A stretch of DNA of 64,000 nucleotides, taken from positions 11,155,812 to 11,219,811 of the forward strand of contig NC_092675.1 in the NCBI RefSeq assembly GCF_964355755.1. Direction: 5' to 3'. The notes under the pieces are model-generated. The model did no database searches and was not told the DNA's origin. It was given only the letters and a program-made list of their open reading frames with translations. The stretch is from Antedon mediterranea. Its lineage: Eukaryota; Animalia; Echinodermata. Both the position numbers and the translations under genes were made by a program. Shown piece by piece: positions 14,401-26,300 of the stretch (its first letter is position 1; every line of letters begins with the position of its first letter).

Positions 14401-17400
14401 GTCGCCCAATACAAAGTCGCCCCATCGCAAAGTCGCCCCGACATAGTCGCCCCATCGCAAAGTCGCCCCATCGCAGAGTCGCCCCATCGTAAAGTCGCCA
14501 CATCGTAAAGTCGCCCCATCGCAAAGTCGCCCAATACAAAGTCGCCCAATACAAAGTCGCCCCATTGCAAAGTCGCCCCATCGCAAAGTCGCCCCATCGC
14601 AAAGTCGCCCCATCGCAAAGTTGGTTGCATTTGATATCGATCGCGTTGTTACTTTGGTCGCGCTAAATGTCGTATACATTATAATGTTTATCCTAATAGG
14701 CCTATATACATAATTTGTGTTTTACAGGTTTTAATGGAGTGATGTGCTTTTTAAAAATCATTAAAAAAATAGTTCCTTGTTTGAAAGTTCTAAAAAGATT
14801 ATCCCTGATTTATAGGTTCCAAAATGTTAATTTAATATGATTTTAAAATTAGTTACCAGAGCCACAATAACAAATCTTTCTTCAACCTACGCGTGGATAC
14901 CAGCTCATTTTTTAGGATAATATAATAATGTATAAATGTGTAGTAGGCCTTCGTACTGAGATTTACAGTAGTTAAAACAATAACAGCGTTGTAAGACAAT
15001 GAGTGTTAATGTTATAGGCTACTTATTGATCATTTTGCATTTATTGACAAGTTATGTGTCTATTGTTATTTAGTTTTATTATGACTTTTCAAAATGAAGA
15101 AATAAAAAATACTAAAAAAAAAGATTTCATCGCCGATATGATCGTTTTACACATGTAGGTATTTTAGTAAAATTAAAACGCTACATTTTGACCATGGAAA
15201 AACCATCGTACAGTATCATGTGCATGTTTTTTAAAAAGGGGAATCCCCGACGGTCAGCAGAAAGACGTAACAGCTGCCAAGGCACAGCTCCGGTTGGTTT
15301 CAGATTGGAGTCGCCTTTTATTCAACAGCACAATTATCATTTTACTGAAGAAATTCTTTTCAACCCTTTTGGTTATAGAACATTCTAATTATCATGCCTA
15401 ATAAATATCCTCATTTCGGGTGTTTATTTAATTTTAAATTAAACAAGACAGTGAAGAGGCACGGAATAATACGTACAAACACGGACGTACAGTACGACGA
15501 ATACACACACGCACGTCATTATTTACGACATATAGTGGTGATATGATGCAATTCTATAATGGATAATGATGGGATTGCCTTTCTAGGCTTATAATCAATG
15601 TTCATTGTAATACTAATAGTAAACTGAATGTTTATAAATAAATTGTTTTACGTAATTTGTTGCATATATTATAAAATAAAAGACACACTGACGTAGCCTA
15701 GTACGTTTCCTATAAAATATTTCAAATAAAAATAATTATGTACTGTTAAATGACATTATGCCGAATAATACTATAATCTCTTTTTACAAATTGTGATTTT
15801 TTAAGGCAAACATCTTTCTCATCATAGACCTGTAAAATAAAAAAAATCTATTATTAATATAGGCCTAATATAATAATAATAAATATTCATCGACCAAAGT
15901 AAAAATAATCTAGATCGTAACATCATTTTATCGCGACCAAAATTAAACGCGACCGACTTCCAACGCAACTGATATCATCGTAAAACTCCGGCGGGGTTTC
16001 CCCATCTTCAGATGGTGCGCTGTAGTGCGACAACGGCGGAGTAATTACGGGGGTTTCCCTCTGGTGAGCTAGAACGTTAGTGCGACCGCGGAGTGATCGT
16101 CGTCCTCTCTGATGATGGGGGAGCGTGCCGATCGTGCGACCTGAGACTACATGGCGGCCGGGGCTTCCCCTTTTGGGGCGACTTTGCGATGGGGCGACTT
16201 TGTGCGTAAAATGTCGCAATGATACAGATCTGAAACCAATCGGAGCTGCGCCTTCTGGTATCTGTTTTACGTCTTTCTGCTGAACGTCGGGGATTCCCCT
16301 TTTTTAAAAACACACCCACGATACTCTACGGTCAAAATGTAGCGTTTTAATTTTTCTAAAATACCTGCATGTATAAAACGATCATATCGGCGATGAAATC
16401 CTTTTTTTTGAGTATTTTTTATTTCTTCATTTTGAAAAGTCAATAGACACAGAACTTTTCAATAAATACAAAATGAACAAGTAGCCTATAAAACTCATTG
16501 TCTTACAACGCTGTTATTGTTTAAACTAATCTATAGTCCGGTGGCAGGAGGGGGGGATATCACCACCCGAAAGGGGACAAATTGCCATCCAACTTTTCTA
16601 GACCAGAATTTTCCGTAGATTACGAATATGGAAGGTAATCGATCAGGATAGGAAGCGTTTTCGAGATATAAGGGGTCAAAGTTCAAAATTGACCAATATA
16701 AAAACATGCTATATCTCTGGAAATTCTGGACCTAGTGAGATAATTTTGGTGTCAAATTGTTCACAATGTATATGTTTATATTAGCTCTAACAGAACTTTC
16801 TTTGTAAAATTGACTGAAAACCCATTGAATTGAATAAGGTTATAAAAACATAAATTAATAAATATTTGTCGTAAGGAGCCAATTTTGGTATCAAATTGTT
16901 CACAATATATATGTTTATACCATTTATACTTGCCATAATGCAACATTTTTTTCAAAAAGTGACTGAAAGTAAACACTATTTTTCTGTAATTTTAACCTTT
17001 GACCTGTTTTTCTCATCTAAATAACGACATGGCATAGAGATTTCTAACGGCAAATTGTTTATAATAGATATTTTTATTCAATCTAATAGATTATACTGCT
17101 TGAAAAATACAAGTGTGATTATTGCTTTGAAATCCTGTACATAAGAGCCTATCGGGCGGATTTAATGCAAAGAGTTGTGGAAGGGGAATACTACTATACA
17201 TACAATGTCTTTCAGAAACATTTGAGAAATGTCATTCAGGTATCCATGTATCTCCAATAAACGGAATGTACGGTTCATAGAGAATTCAGAAGTTACCCTT
17301 GGTTCATTTTGGCAAATCCATGGGTTCCTTTTAAAAGGATTGAGGGTGAACAGACAGGCTTTTCCCATGGCTTAATATTGGAACCCACAGTTTTAGATAC

Positions 17401-20400
17401 CCGATATATACACAGTAACTTATGTAGCCAAATGCATTTATCCGATACAGGGGCCAAATGTAGAACTGAACATACAGTAGAGAAGGGTCTAAATAGATGA
17501 CCTGCTGTTGTTTCATTTTAGGCAAAATCCAAATCGGTTCCTTAAGGATTGAGAGTGCACAGGCAGCTTCATTCCATGTGCCTGTCTATACCGACATTGT
17601 CACCCCTTATATTTCCATTATGGGGCTTAATGTCCATCCATGGAGGACCGACCGGCCTTTGGGGGGTTAATTTTGGCAAATCCATAAGTGGTCCTTAAGG
17701 ATCGAGAGTGCACAGGCAGCTTTATTCCATGGGCCGCGCCTGTCTATATGAACTCACAGTGTCACCCCTTATATTTCCATTATGGGGCTTAATGTCCATC
17801 CATGGAGAACGATCGGACCTTGGGTTAATTTGGGCAAATCCATAAAATGTTCCTTATGGATGATCGAGGGTGCACAGGGATATTTATTATATCTCTATGA
17901 ACCCACATTTTCACCCCACATACAGTATTTCCAATATAGGGTCTCTTGTAGACCCACATAGAGAACCCCAAAAGGTCAATGAAGGATCGGCCCTTGGGTT
18001 CATTTGGGAAAATCCATAAATGTTATTTAAAGATTGAGGGTGAACATTTTAGTTTTATTCCATAGTTCCTCTATGAACTATTTACCCCATATTAATTTCT
18101 AATACAGGGCCTTATGTAGCACACCACATAGAGATCCCAAAAGGGTCCTTAGAGGGTTCATTCGGGCAAATCCATATGGGTTATTTTAGAATCTTTTGTG
18201 TACAGGAAACTCTTTCCTGTATGGACCAAACTATATAAAAATTGTGGTCTGTCTGTGTAGTGAGTTGTGGATTGAGTTTGGCCACCTGGATCTGCCTATA
18301 CCCTATCCTGTACGAATTGGTATTCTCTGGTTCTAATGAATAGTAGTTTATTTTCCAAAAACGAATATTGTAGCCCTAATAAATGCAACTGTATAGTGGC
18401 AAATCATTGAAGGTCAGCGTAACATTTTAACATCATAACATTTTAACAGTCATAATATTAATAATATTAATAATTTTATAATTTATTTTACAGTATTATA
18501 TTAATACATTTAAAATAATGCGCACTAGAAAAAATATAAAAATACCATAACTTCACTGATCAAATAACGTGATTACATTTATGAACATCGATCTCATAGT
18601 TTGAATAACTTTGCATTATTTAGTATATCACTTGTTCAAATGTTGACCTTTGACCTATGTCAACTTGTGTAATGATAAATGTGCTCTTTTGATTGTGTAT
18701 GATTGATATGTCTTAACAGAATGATAAAACATAAAATTTTGTCTTAAATGTTAGTTTTTATTTGGGTTTATATGCAAATTGTGTGATTGGTCAATATTGA
18801 CATTTGACCTTTAATTGAAAAGTATTTGTTTTATAAGGCGACTGAATAGATACCTATAACCATAAAAATGTATTAAAAGACCAAATTGAACTTCAATAAA
18901 TTGGTTATAATACATATGTATATAATACATTGTTATAATTGGTCAATTTTGAACTTTGACCCCTTATCTCTACCTATTCGCTTCATATCCTGATCAAAGT
19001 CTGATTTGATTAAATACAGTATTATAATTATATTAATCAAAATTATAATGAAATAACATAACTTTACTAATCAAATAATTTGATTACTTGTAAAACCATC
19101 AGTATCATAGTTTTGACAACTTTGCATTTATTTGTTAATACATGTATTAAAATGTTGACCTTTGACCTTATGTCAACTGATGAAATGATGTATTCGCTCT
19201 TTTACATTGCGTATGATTGATTAAATAACAGGATGAGAAATCATCCAATTTTTATTAAATATAAGTTTTTATTTGGTTTTATTACGTTCTATGATTGGTC
19301 AATATTGACATTTGACCCTTAATTACAAAGGATTTTTTTTTCATAAGGTGATTGAATAGACACTTATAATCATAAAAATGTAATAAAAGACCAAATTGTG
19401 CTTCAATAAATTTGTTATAATACATATACATCATACATTGTTGTAATTGGTCAATTTTGAACTTTGACCCCTTATATCTCGAAAACGCTTCCTATCCTAT
19501 CGATTACCTTCCATATTCGTAATCTACGGAAAATTCTGGTCTAGAAAAGTTTGATGGCAATTAGTCCCCTTTCGGGTGGTGATTCCCCCTTCCTGCCACC
19601 GGACGAATATGAAGGCCTACTACACATTAAGTTTATACATTTATTATATTATCCTAAAAAATGAGCTGGTATCCACGCGTAGGTTGAAGAAAGATTCGTA
19701 ATTGTGGCTCTGGTAACTAATTTTAAAATCATATTAAATTAACATTTTCGAAACTATAAATCAGGGATAATCTTTTTAGAACTTTCAAACAAGGAACTAT
19801 TTTTTTAATGATTTTTAAAAAGCACATCACTCCATTAAAACCTGTAAAATTAAAATTAAACCACAAATTATGTATATAATAGGATAAACGTTATAATGTA
19901 TACGACATTTAGCGCGACCAACAAAGTAACAATGCGATCGATATCAAACGCAATCGATATGAATAAAACAGCGTACTACTAGCGACGGCGCTTCATTCAT
20001 AGTCATACCGAAATAAAACCGTGGGCGACTTTGCGATGGGGCGACTTTGCGATGGGGCGACTTTGCGATGGGGCGACTTTGCGATGGGGCGACTTTGCGA
20101 TGGATCCCGACTTGACTAGCATCAAAGAACTTATAACACAAGAATCTCCTGTTCGTCCGAAGCGCGTAACAATTTCGAAAGGCATTGTGGGATAGAATAG
20201 AGCTATGGGTGGCGCCATTGTGAGCCGACCCATGGAGTAGGGCGCCCGCATCAAATTAGAAAGTCAAAATCATAGAGGGGATCTGCTAATGCTCTAGGGG
20301 GGATAGAGTAATTGACTGAGGAGTAGGGCGCCCGCATCAAATTAGAAAGTCAAAATCATAGAGGGGATCTGCTAATGGCATATGACCGTTTCGGCCACAG

Positions 20401-22694
20401 ACAGTTTCGGCCACAACAGATTTCTATGGCGCGCCATTCACGCATATATTAGACCGTGCTATTGTTTTTGCTATTAGTTATCGCATCTCATGCTTTGTTG
20501 GATAGTATTTTTTATGACGATTACTACCATTACAGTGTTATCATTCTTAACGTTATTCCACTACAATTTGCATTTATTAGATTTGTTGTTTCCATTCCAG
20601 TTTAGTTATATCATGGAGTCTTGGCGAAAAACAAATTCAACTGTCAGTGACACAGTTAAATACTCTCTTAGTACAGACGTATTAATAGTTTGGCTATGAA
20701 AAAAGAAATAGAAATGCTAAGAAAAAAAAAGAAATTTAATTAAAACGTTTTTCCTTCCATTGCTTAGGTGACCTAAGGAAAAAAGAGGAATATCAGGAAC
20801 TCACACATCAATACAAGCAGATTCAAGAAGAAAATTAGTGATAAAAAAAAATAAATTTAATAAAACTTTGTCGTCTTCATTTGATTGGTTTTTAATACAA
20901 CACAGGAGTAATTAAATGTTTTATCATGGAGCTCAGGTCATGTCTTAAGAACACAGGTGCATAAATAAAACGAACATATCAGACCCAAAATAAAAATAAT
21001 AATCGAGTAATTTGCGGCGATATGCATTTAACATATTTTAACATGTCAAAATACAGTACAAACAAAATGAGTAATAATTCGGATAAAAATGCGACTAAGG
21101 ATAACATTTGTTGCGTTCAATGCGAACGTCAGAGGAAGTCCCCAAACTAATTACTAGGCCTATTATCAATTAATAATTGCTGCTATAAATATATTGAGCA
21201 AAACGTTGAATTGTATTATTTTTCAATAAATGCAAGTAAGTCAGTAAAACAACAACTTAAAAAATTCATTTTCATTTATCCACTAAACTGTACAAGTGTT
21301 GCTTAAACCACACTCCAGAAAAGAAAATATGAAAGAAATTTGCAGAAAGAAGCAACCAAACACTTATTTCAAAGTTCGGAACATCAGTAATTACTACGGA
21401 AATTCGGCCCAATATTTCGGACGTAGGGAAATGAAGATAAATAGGCTACTACGGAAATGATGGGGAATCCCCGGCAAAATGCAATGACTACGGACAAATC
21501 AACCACCCATATGACGGGGTTTTTCACGTACCTTCTCATGACGCACACAGTCAGAAATTCATTCCGAGCCTGTTCAGAAACATATCTAAAAAAAAATTCT
21601 TCAATGCCTTCGCATAATTCCTCTTGGGTAGTGGTGTTTTACTAATATTTCAAGTTCATTTTATTAGGTAAAATTTTACACGCAAAAACAACGCAGGCAT
21701 TTCTATTAACATTTATTTACTAGTGTTTCATTTACATCTTACAACAAATTAATTCTTAATAATTATATACTTTCTTCAATTGTTTCTTCCGATAAAATAA
21801 ATCGTATTCTTAACCACTTTGTTCTTCCGTTTCTTATTCCTTCAAAGTTATATTTATTGTACACAATAAAATTAGTATATATCCCTACGTACTTCAATTC
21901 GTTTTATATTTATAGAAAAATGTACATACAATTAGTATCACTTAGGCCTCATTCAATTCATTTCTTTTATTTGTAAAAACTATACATTTTAATTTCAACC
22001 GTATTGTATTTTTTGTACTCTGAAATATCGGTATCTACGTAATTCTTCGTTTCTTATCTCATCATGCCACCTAGCTACAAAATACGTGTTAGTATTTTAT
22101 TTTCATTATTAATTAATTAATTAATTAATTGCCAAGTTTGTCTGTGTCCGTGTTTTCCTGTGTAAAAACAAAAGTAAAACGCAATGAAATCGATAATCCT
22201 GTATTACATTGTCGTGTCTCATTGTTCCCCTATCAATGGCACTATGGGCGTTCCATAGATATGGTAGTAATATTGTCTGTGGCCGAAATTGTCTGTGGCC
22301 GAAGTTGGCCTAATCCTCTGCTAATACTCTAGGGGGTAGAGTAATTGACTTCCTAGTTTGGAGGAGGGGGCGCTGCTCCATGCTGTGAAATGGCGTCGCC
22401 CAGTTTGACCTTTTAACCCTGTACTTCCGATACTGTGTTTTGAATGCAAATTGAAGAACAGGAGATTCTTGTGTTATAAGTTCTTTGCTAGCATCCAGAG
22501 GCCTACTAATACTACTCTACTATCTAGGCCCTCTACTAGGAGGCCAAGCAAGGGCCAGCCAGGCCAGGCTAGGCGACGCCGAGGCCCTCTCTATTAGGCT
22601 AGCTAATAAATACTTAATTCCTTATGGGCCTCAAATTACCTCCACCAGCTCCAGTAACGAGTGCTACACGTCCATCAAACCTTAAAGTACCCAT
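5361..22694 (-). CDS. HSD17B4: Peroxisomal multifunctional enzyme type 2 (D-bifunctional protein), 5' part; coding exons 22640-22694, 5569-5622, 5361-5468; gene continues beyond position 1
   Basis: Spliced product [72 protein letters not shown]; SDR TGxxxGxG motif split across exons 1-2; GT-AG sites with consistent phase 1. Confidence 0.95.
5569..5622 (-). CDS. HSD17B4: HSD17B4 coding exon 2 (54 nt)
   Basis: ttacag|GA CTT GGT AGA GAA TAT GCC ... ATT GTT G|gtatgt = (G)[17 protein letters not shown]. Confidence 0.93.
5938..6120. mobile_element. Small TIR MITE
   Basis: AAGGGTCTTTTACATCTGCTCCGGC ... GCCGGAACAGGTGTGAAAGACCCTT imperfect inverted termini. Confidence 0.6.
6130..6952 (+). mobile_element. 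PIF/Harbinger deletion derivative retaining a Myb/SANT-like (trihelix) ORF fragment (about 6500-6700)
   Basis: TIR GGCCCTGTTTCTGCTG ... CAGCAGAAACAGGCCC, 3-bp AAA flanks, ATACCGTAT subterminal repeats; peptide [43 protein letters not shown]...CPHYD resembles Harbinger DNA-binding ORFs. Confidence 0.7.
7327..8821 (+). mobile_element. Non-autonomous Helitron copy, interrupted by the element at 7821-8602
   Basis: 3' hairpin CTAGATGGTACGC...GCGTATCATCTAG ending CTAG|T; same family as 62465-63633; 5' end approximate. Confidence 0.65.
7821..8602 (-). mobile_element. ISL2EU-like (Harbinger-related) deletion derivative
   Basis: AT|AGACACGTTTC ... GAAACGTGTCT|AT; minus-strand remnants [14 protein letters not shown] and [11 protein letters not shown] resemble the N-terminus of the second (SWIM/YqaJ-type) ORF of such elements (family assignment from memory). 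Confidence 0.55.
10463..13130 (+). pseudogene. 5'-truncated, frameshifted CR1/L2-group LINE (RT remnant about 10470-11800, 3' tail AATAAA + (TGAAA)n)
   Basis: [50 protein letters not shown]; 3' UTR interrupted by 11861-13008. Confidence 0.9.
11861..13008. mobile_element. Fully palindromic MITE with TAG...CTA termini (Academ-like)
   Basis: TTT|TAGCCTGGGTGCAG ... CTGCACCCAGGCTA|TTT; arms of about 570 bp are inverted copies up to a centre near 12430-12445. Confidence 0.75.
13366..14362. mobile_element. TIR MITE with internal degenerate tandem repeats (about 13640-14010)
   Basis: GGCCGGTGTAAGATTGAAATGTGTCC ... GGACACATTTCAATCTTACACCGGCC flanked by TA/CTAG. Confidence 0.7.
14383..14621 (+). repeat. 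16-bp tandem array (AAAGTCGCCCCATCGC)n; inverted arrays at 16175-16203 and 20022-20102
   Basis: Visible directly; produces the spurious WGDFAMGRL-repeat ORFs. Confidence 0.95.
16534..19606. mobile_element. Non-autonomous Academ-like element with about 170-bp TIRs and internal tandem duplications
   Basis: TAGTCCGGTGGCAGGAG ... CCTGCCACCGGACGA; second copy 62330-63801 has perfect TAG...CTA ends and a 3-bp TSD; internal about 170-bp repeats (17300-18200) and about 490-bp duplication (18480-19480). Confidence 0.7.
20123..22487. mobile_element. P-element-like non-autonomous transposon
   Basis: 32-bp perfect TIR CAAAGAACTTATAACACAAGAATCTCCTGTTC; 7-bp TSD CTAGCAT (20116-20122 / 22488-22494); CA...TG ends. 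Confidence 0.7.
20377..22316. mobile_element. MULE/MuDR-like element with TTTCGGCCACAGAC subterminal repeats
   Basis: GG...CC ends; perfect 9-bp TSD TCTGCTAAT (20368-20376 / 22317-22325); partial inverted copy at about 9905-10017. Confidence 0.75.
22640..22694 (-). CDS. HSD17B4: HSD17B4 coding exon 1 (55 nt)
   Basis: ATG GGT ACT TTA AGG TTT GAT GGA CGT ... GGT GGA G|gtaatt = [18 protein letters not shown]; absent from the ORF track. Confidence 0.93.
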
Positions 22695-23209
22695 TCCCAA
22701 TAACAGTGTACCAACTAGGCTAGCTAGCAAGCCTAGGCCTAGGCTAGTTCCGAGTTCAGATGAGATGAGCAATATCAAAGCTAGTAAGGATCAAAGTTAC
22801 ACTATCTTTTTCGCATGCAACAAAATCACAAAAAATGGAAATAAAATTATGCTAGGTGGCAGCACAACAACATTATGCATAATCGATTATCTAGGCCGGC
22901 TGCCTGGCCAGCTAGCTGGCTCTCTGTCTCTATATTATTTTGATATTATCGGACGACAACAATTAAGTTTCCTCAAGTTTGCTACAAAAAATCCATATAT
23001 CATCAACCAGCCTACGGTCTTTCATACAATTTTTAATATAAACGCTTTTCGAGTCGCCAAGTTTTAGACTTTACTTTAGAAGAGAAGCCTAGCTACTAGG
23101 CTAGGCCTCTACTTTAGTAATACTAGCCTAGGCCTAGGCAGGCCGGATCCTATGTCAAGCATCTAGGCCCTAGGCTATACTACTACTAGGCCTACCTAGA
23201 CCTACACTG
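22695..23209. promoter_or_regulatory. Shared bidirectional promoter and 5' UTR region of HSD17B4 and POLR3C
   Basis: Only 515 bp separate the divergent ATGs at 22694 (-) and 23210 (+); start sites cannot be determined from sequence. Confidence 0.7.
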
Positions 23210-23356
23210 ATGTCTGTAACTCAGTGTAAATTAGGTTCTCTACTCATCAAAGATCATTATGGAGAGGTTGTTGAGAAAGTATGCACTTACTTAGTCGAAC
23301 ATGGTGCTAGGGCTCTCGGGGTGCTAGCAAAAGAGACTGGACTTCAACTGGAACAG
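23210..23356 (+). CDS. POLR3C: POLR3C coding exon 1 (147 nt)
   Basis: MSVTQCKLGSLLIKDHYGEVVEKV...GLQLEQ|gtatgt. Confidence 0.93.
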
Positions 23357-26300
23357 GTATGTTTGCTGAAAAAGTTTTTAGTAAATATATCATTGAGAGT
23401 TGAATTTAATATATATTTATAAATTTGTTCTTTGCCTGCTGTGTTTATATATATATAAATATATATATATAATTCCTTCACTTGCACTGTTGCCCGAAAG
23501 CTCTGCTAACTTTTCTGGCTGTTTACTTTATCGTTTTGATTTAGCTTTTCGCTTTTTATTTTTGTATCTCCATTGAGATCCAGCCACTGATACCCACAGC
23601 ATTGTCATTTTTTTCAGTAATTTGCCTTTGGATTTATATAAATATATATATAAACACAGCAGGCAAAGAACATATATTCTAAACTGCCCGGTGATATACT
23701 GAAATTTAATTAATTAATTTGAAACGATAAAATATATATATATTATTTTGTACTTGGAAAAGTGACTGCTGATGATATATTTATCGTGAAAAAGAGATGA
23801 GTTAAAAGTACATATAAAACCTCTAAAAAAAAAGCCCATGGGCATGGGCTTCTTTTTAGTAGGGTGGGCTTCTTTTCTAGATTACTTTTGAAAACTAAAG
23901 AGGCACGTTCCTTTAAAATTAATGCTGTAAATTTTGTGTGCCATCTAGGTCGTGCCCACAGAATTAAGTAATTTCAGGGTTATTTCAAATGTACATACCC
24001 CAGGACTATAATACAATGTCGTTTACAATTACATAGATGAATAAATAGACACAATGATTTATGTAGTCAACTAAATTAGCACCCTTGAATTACTTCCCAA
24101 ATGAGGAATTTTTTATTTGGACTCATTTTAACAAACTTAATTTGTGTTTTGTATGTAACATTACAGTTGGGGGATGTGGAAGAGGATGGGTACAAAGAAG
24201 AACAATTTTAAAATATATTCTTTATCCACTCGGTAATGACATTTTTTAGAGGCCTATAAATATTATACCACTAAATAAAGTAAATATTTGTGATTTAATA
24301 CTTTGTCACTGTCGGTTGAAACAGTAAAATACATGTAACGATACACCACTAAAACGTTTAAATATTTTTTGTAATTTAAATTATTTATTAATTAATACAA
24401 ACGTTGAGAAGCAACTGTCAGTAATAAAGTTTATTTGTATATTATGTTTTTATCTAACAGAAGGGAATACCCACATTCACAGACTTAATAAAGTTTATTT
24501 GTATGTGTTTATCTAACAGTACTCACACTCACACATTAGGTGTACATCCCCATTAGAACTTTTTGGTCAAAATCCTTATCAGATAAATCAACTAAGCAGG
24601 TGATTAATTACCTGAATCCTAGGTCGTGTTCGTACGGTGGTTAAAATAAGCGCTTAATTTCACCCATGCCTCGGGTTATAAATTGAGCGTTGTTCGTACT
24701 TGAAATATTTAACCGCTTAAATGCTTAATCGACGAATCACAAACCGGAAATTACGTTTTAAGGTCAGTTGTCTTTACAACCTACGACCCTATTTTCGCAC
24801 GCTAGTTTCGTGTTGTATATTTTTTACTCCCGATCTTTCTTTACAATAACAATTACTTGCTACCTTTTACACTGCTTATCCTTGCGACAAACCTTATGCC
24901 TCTTAACGCCGATAATCCTGCCGAAATATGCCTTCTCCTGACGACCATTATTTTACTCATTGACGAAGAATTTGAGCCCAATGTTACACGACGGAAACAC
25001 CACCGACCAGCGGCTCCCCGACCAGCTAGGCCTACTAAGCGGTCTACACCAACAAGGACAGCACCAGCTGACGATCGCTCTCGAAGCGTGTATGGAAGAG
25101 CTTCGTAGGAGAAATGACGGGCCTAGGCAGCGAACGTTTGTCAAAATTTGACACAACAGATTTATTATCCTCGAAGGCCGAGTATAATTGGATTATCTCT
25201 GAAATAACCTGCAAATTTGGTGAACATTTTACCTCGAATTTTTTGTAGCCTGAGGCAAAAGTTAATTGGATCACGCGAACGGAAATCGGGAATAAGCTGG
25301 TATTTTCAACCCCTACGAACAGGCCCCTATTATACCCCTGTGATTTTATTAGCTCTCTTGTAATTGATTGATTAGGACAAGGTATATTCTTCAGTATGCA
25401 AGGTCAATGGTCAGGCAAAAACTAGCAGAATTCAGTGATGATCAAATAGTTTAATGACCTGCCTATCAAAGTTGGACTTAAATAAACACATGTCACAGTA
25501 GGAGGTTAAGTGACATTTACCTGAAGTTTTTCAAAACTTCAGGTAAAAACGAACACATTCTCTAATGGGGCTGTACACGTAATGCAGTAAGAAATTTGCT
25601 ATTCAAATGGCGACCAAAAATACTTTCTTCAGTAAGTGTCTAAAATGTCCCGATACTTTGGAGGAATACAAAGGGAAAATGCATCATTCTATATAAAAAA
25701 AAATAATCATATATTATAATCAACATTATTGTGAAAATAAATAATGACATAAATCAAGGAAAATAACAATAACATTGATAGTTAGTATTTTTTTTTTTTT
25801 TATGTTTCATCCAACCCCCAAAAACCGCATGTCCCGATCGTACATTGTCAATTTTATGATCGCCATATATATTTTATAACAGGACTTTTCTACATGAAAA
25901 TATTATTAAAAGTTAGTTATTGTGATTTTATTATTTGAAATACATCAGTAAATACATTAAATTCAAAACTTGACAGTTTTTGTTTCGAAAAAACGTGTCC
26001 CGAGGTTTTGTGTCATCTCCGTCATGTACTTTAAAAGCGCGATCAATAGTCCAAGGAACGGCAGGCACACGCGTGAATTGCGCGTAGAAAATGCGTGAAG
26101 ATATAAAGTACAAACAAAAACAGGATTTTGGAAAAAAAATACAGGTGCGTTTATGCAAATAGGTTCATGGTATCTAGTAGGCTATCCTCCTTCCCCATTG
26201 CCAGTTATCGCCTACGGGTAAATCTGAGCTTGCCTAGGTTAATGAAATTATCTCCGTCACATTTCTCAATATTTCTTTGTGACAGAGATGACAGCCAATG

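Larger units (their letters stand above)
14373..22497. mobile_element. Large foldback/MULE-like element with about 0.95-kb inverted arms and 16-bp AAAGTCGCCCCATCGC terminal arrays; contains three nested elements
   Basis: 14620-15310 is the reverse complement of 19950-19610 plus 16530-16230; termini GGATCCAGTCAAGTCG / CGACTTGACTAGCATCC, the right one split by 20123-22487; flanks AGGGCCTAC / GAGGCCTAC. Confidence 0.6.

Noticed and set aside
14115-14679. Repetitive ORFs (WGDFAMGRL / SRPIAKSP), also 19944-20254
   Set aside because: Translations of the stop-free 16-bp tandem array, not genes
22624-23067. 147-aa plus-strand ORF at the promoter
   Set aside because: Antisense to HSD17B4 exon 1 and low-complexity promoter sequence; no recognisable domain
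23426-23672. Hairpin with (TA)n arms just after POLR3C exon 1 as a structured ncRNA
   Set aside because: More consistent with a small inverted transposon remnant in a TA microsatellite; no RNA-family features
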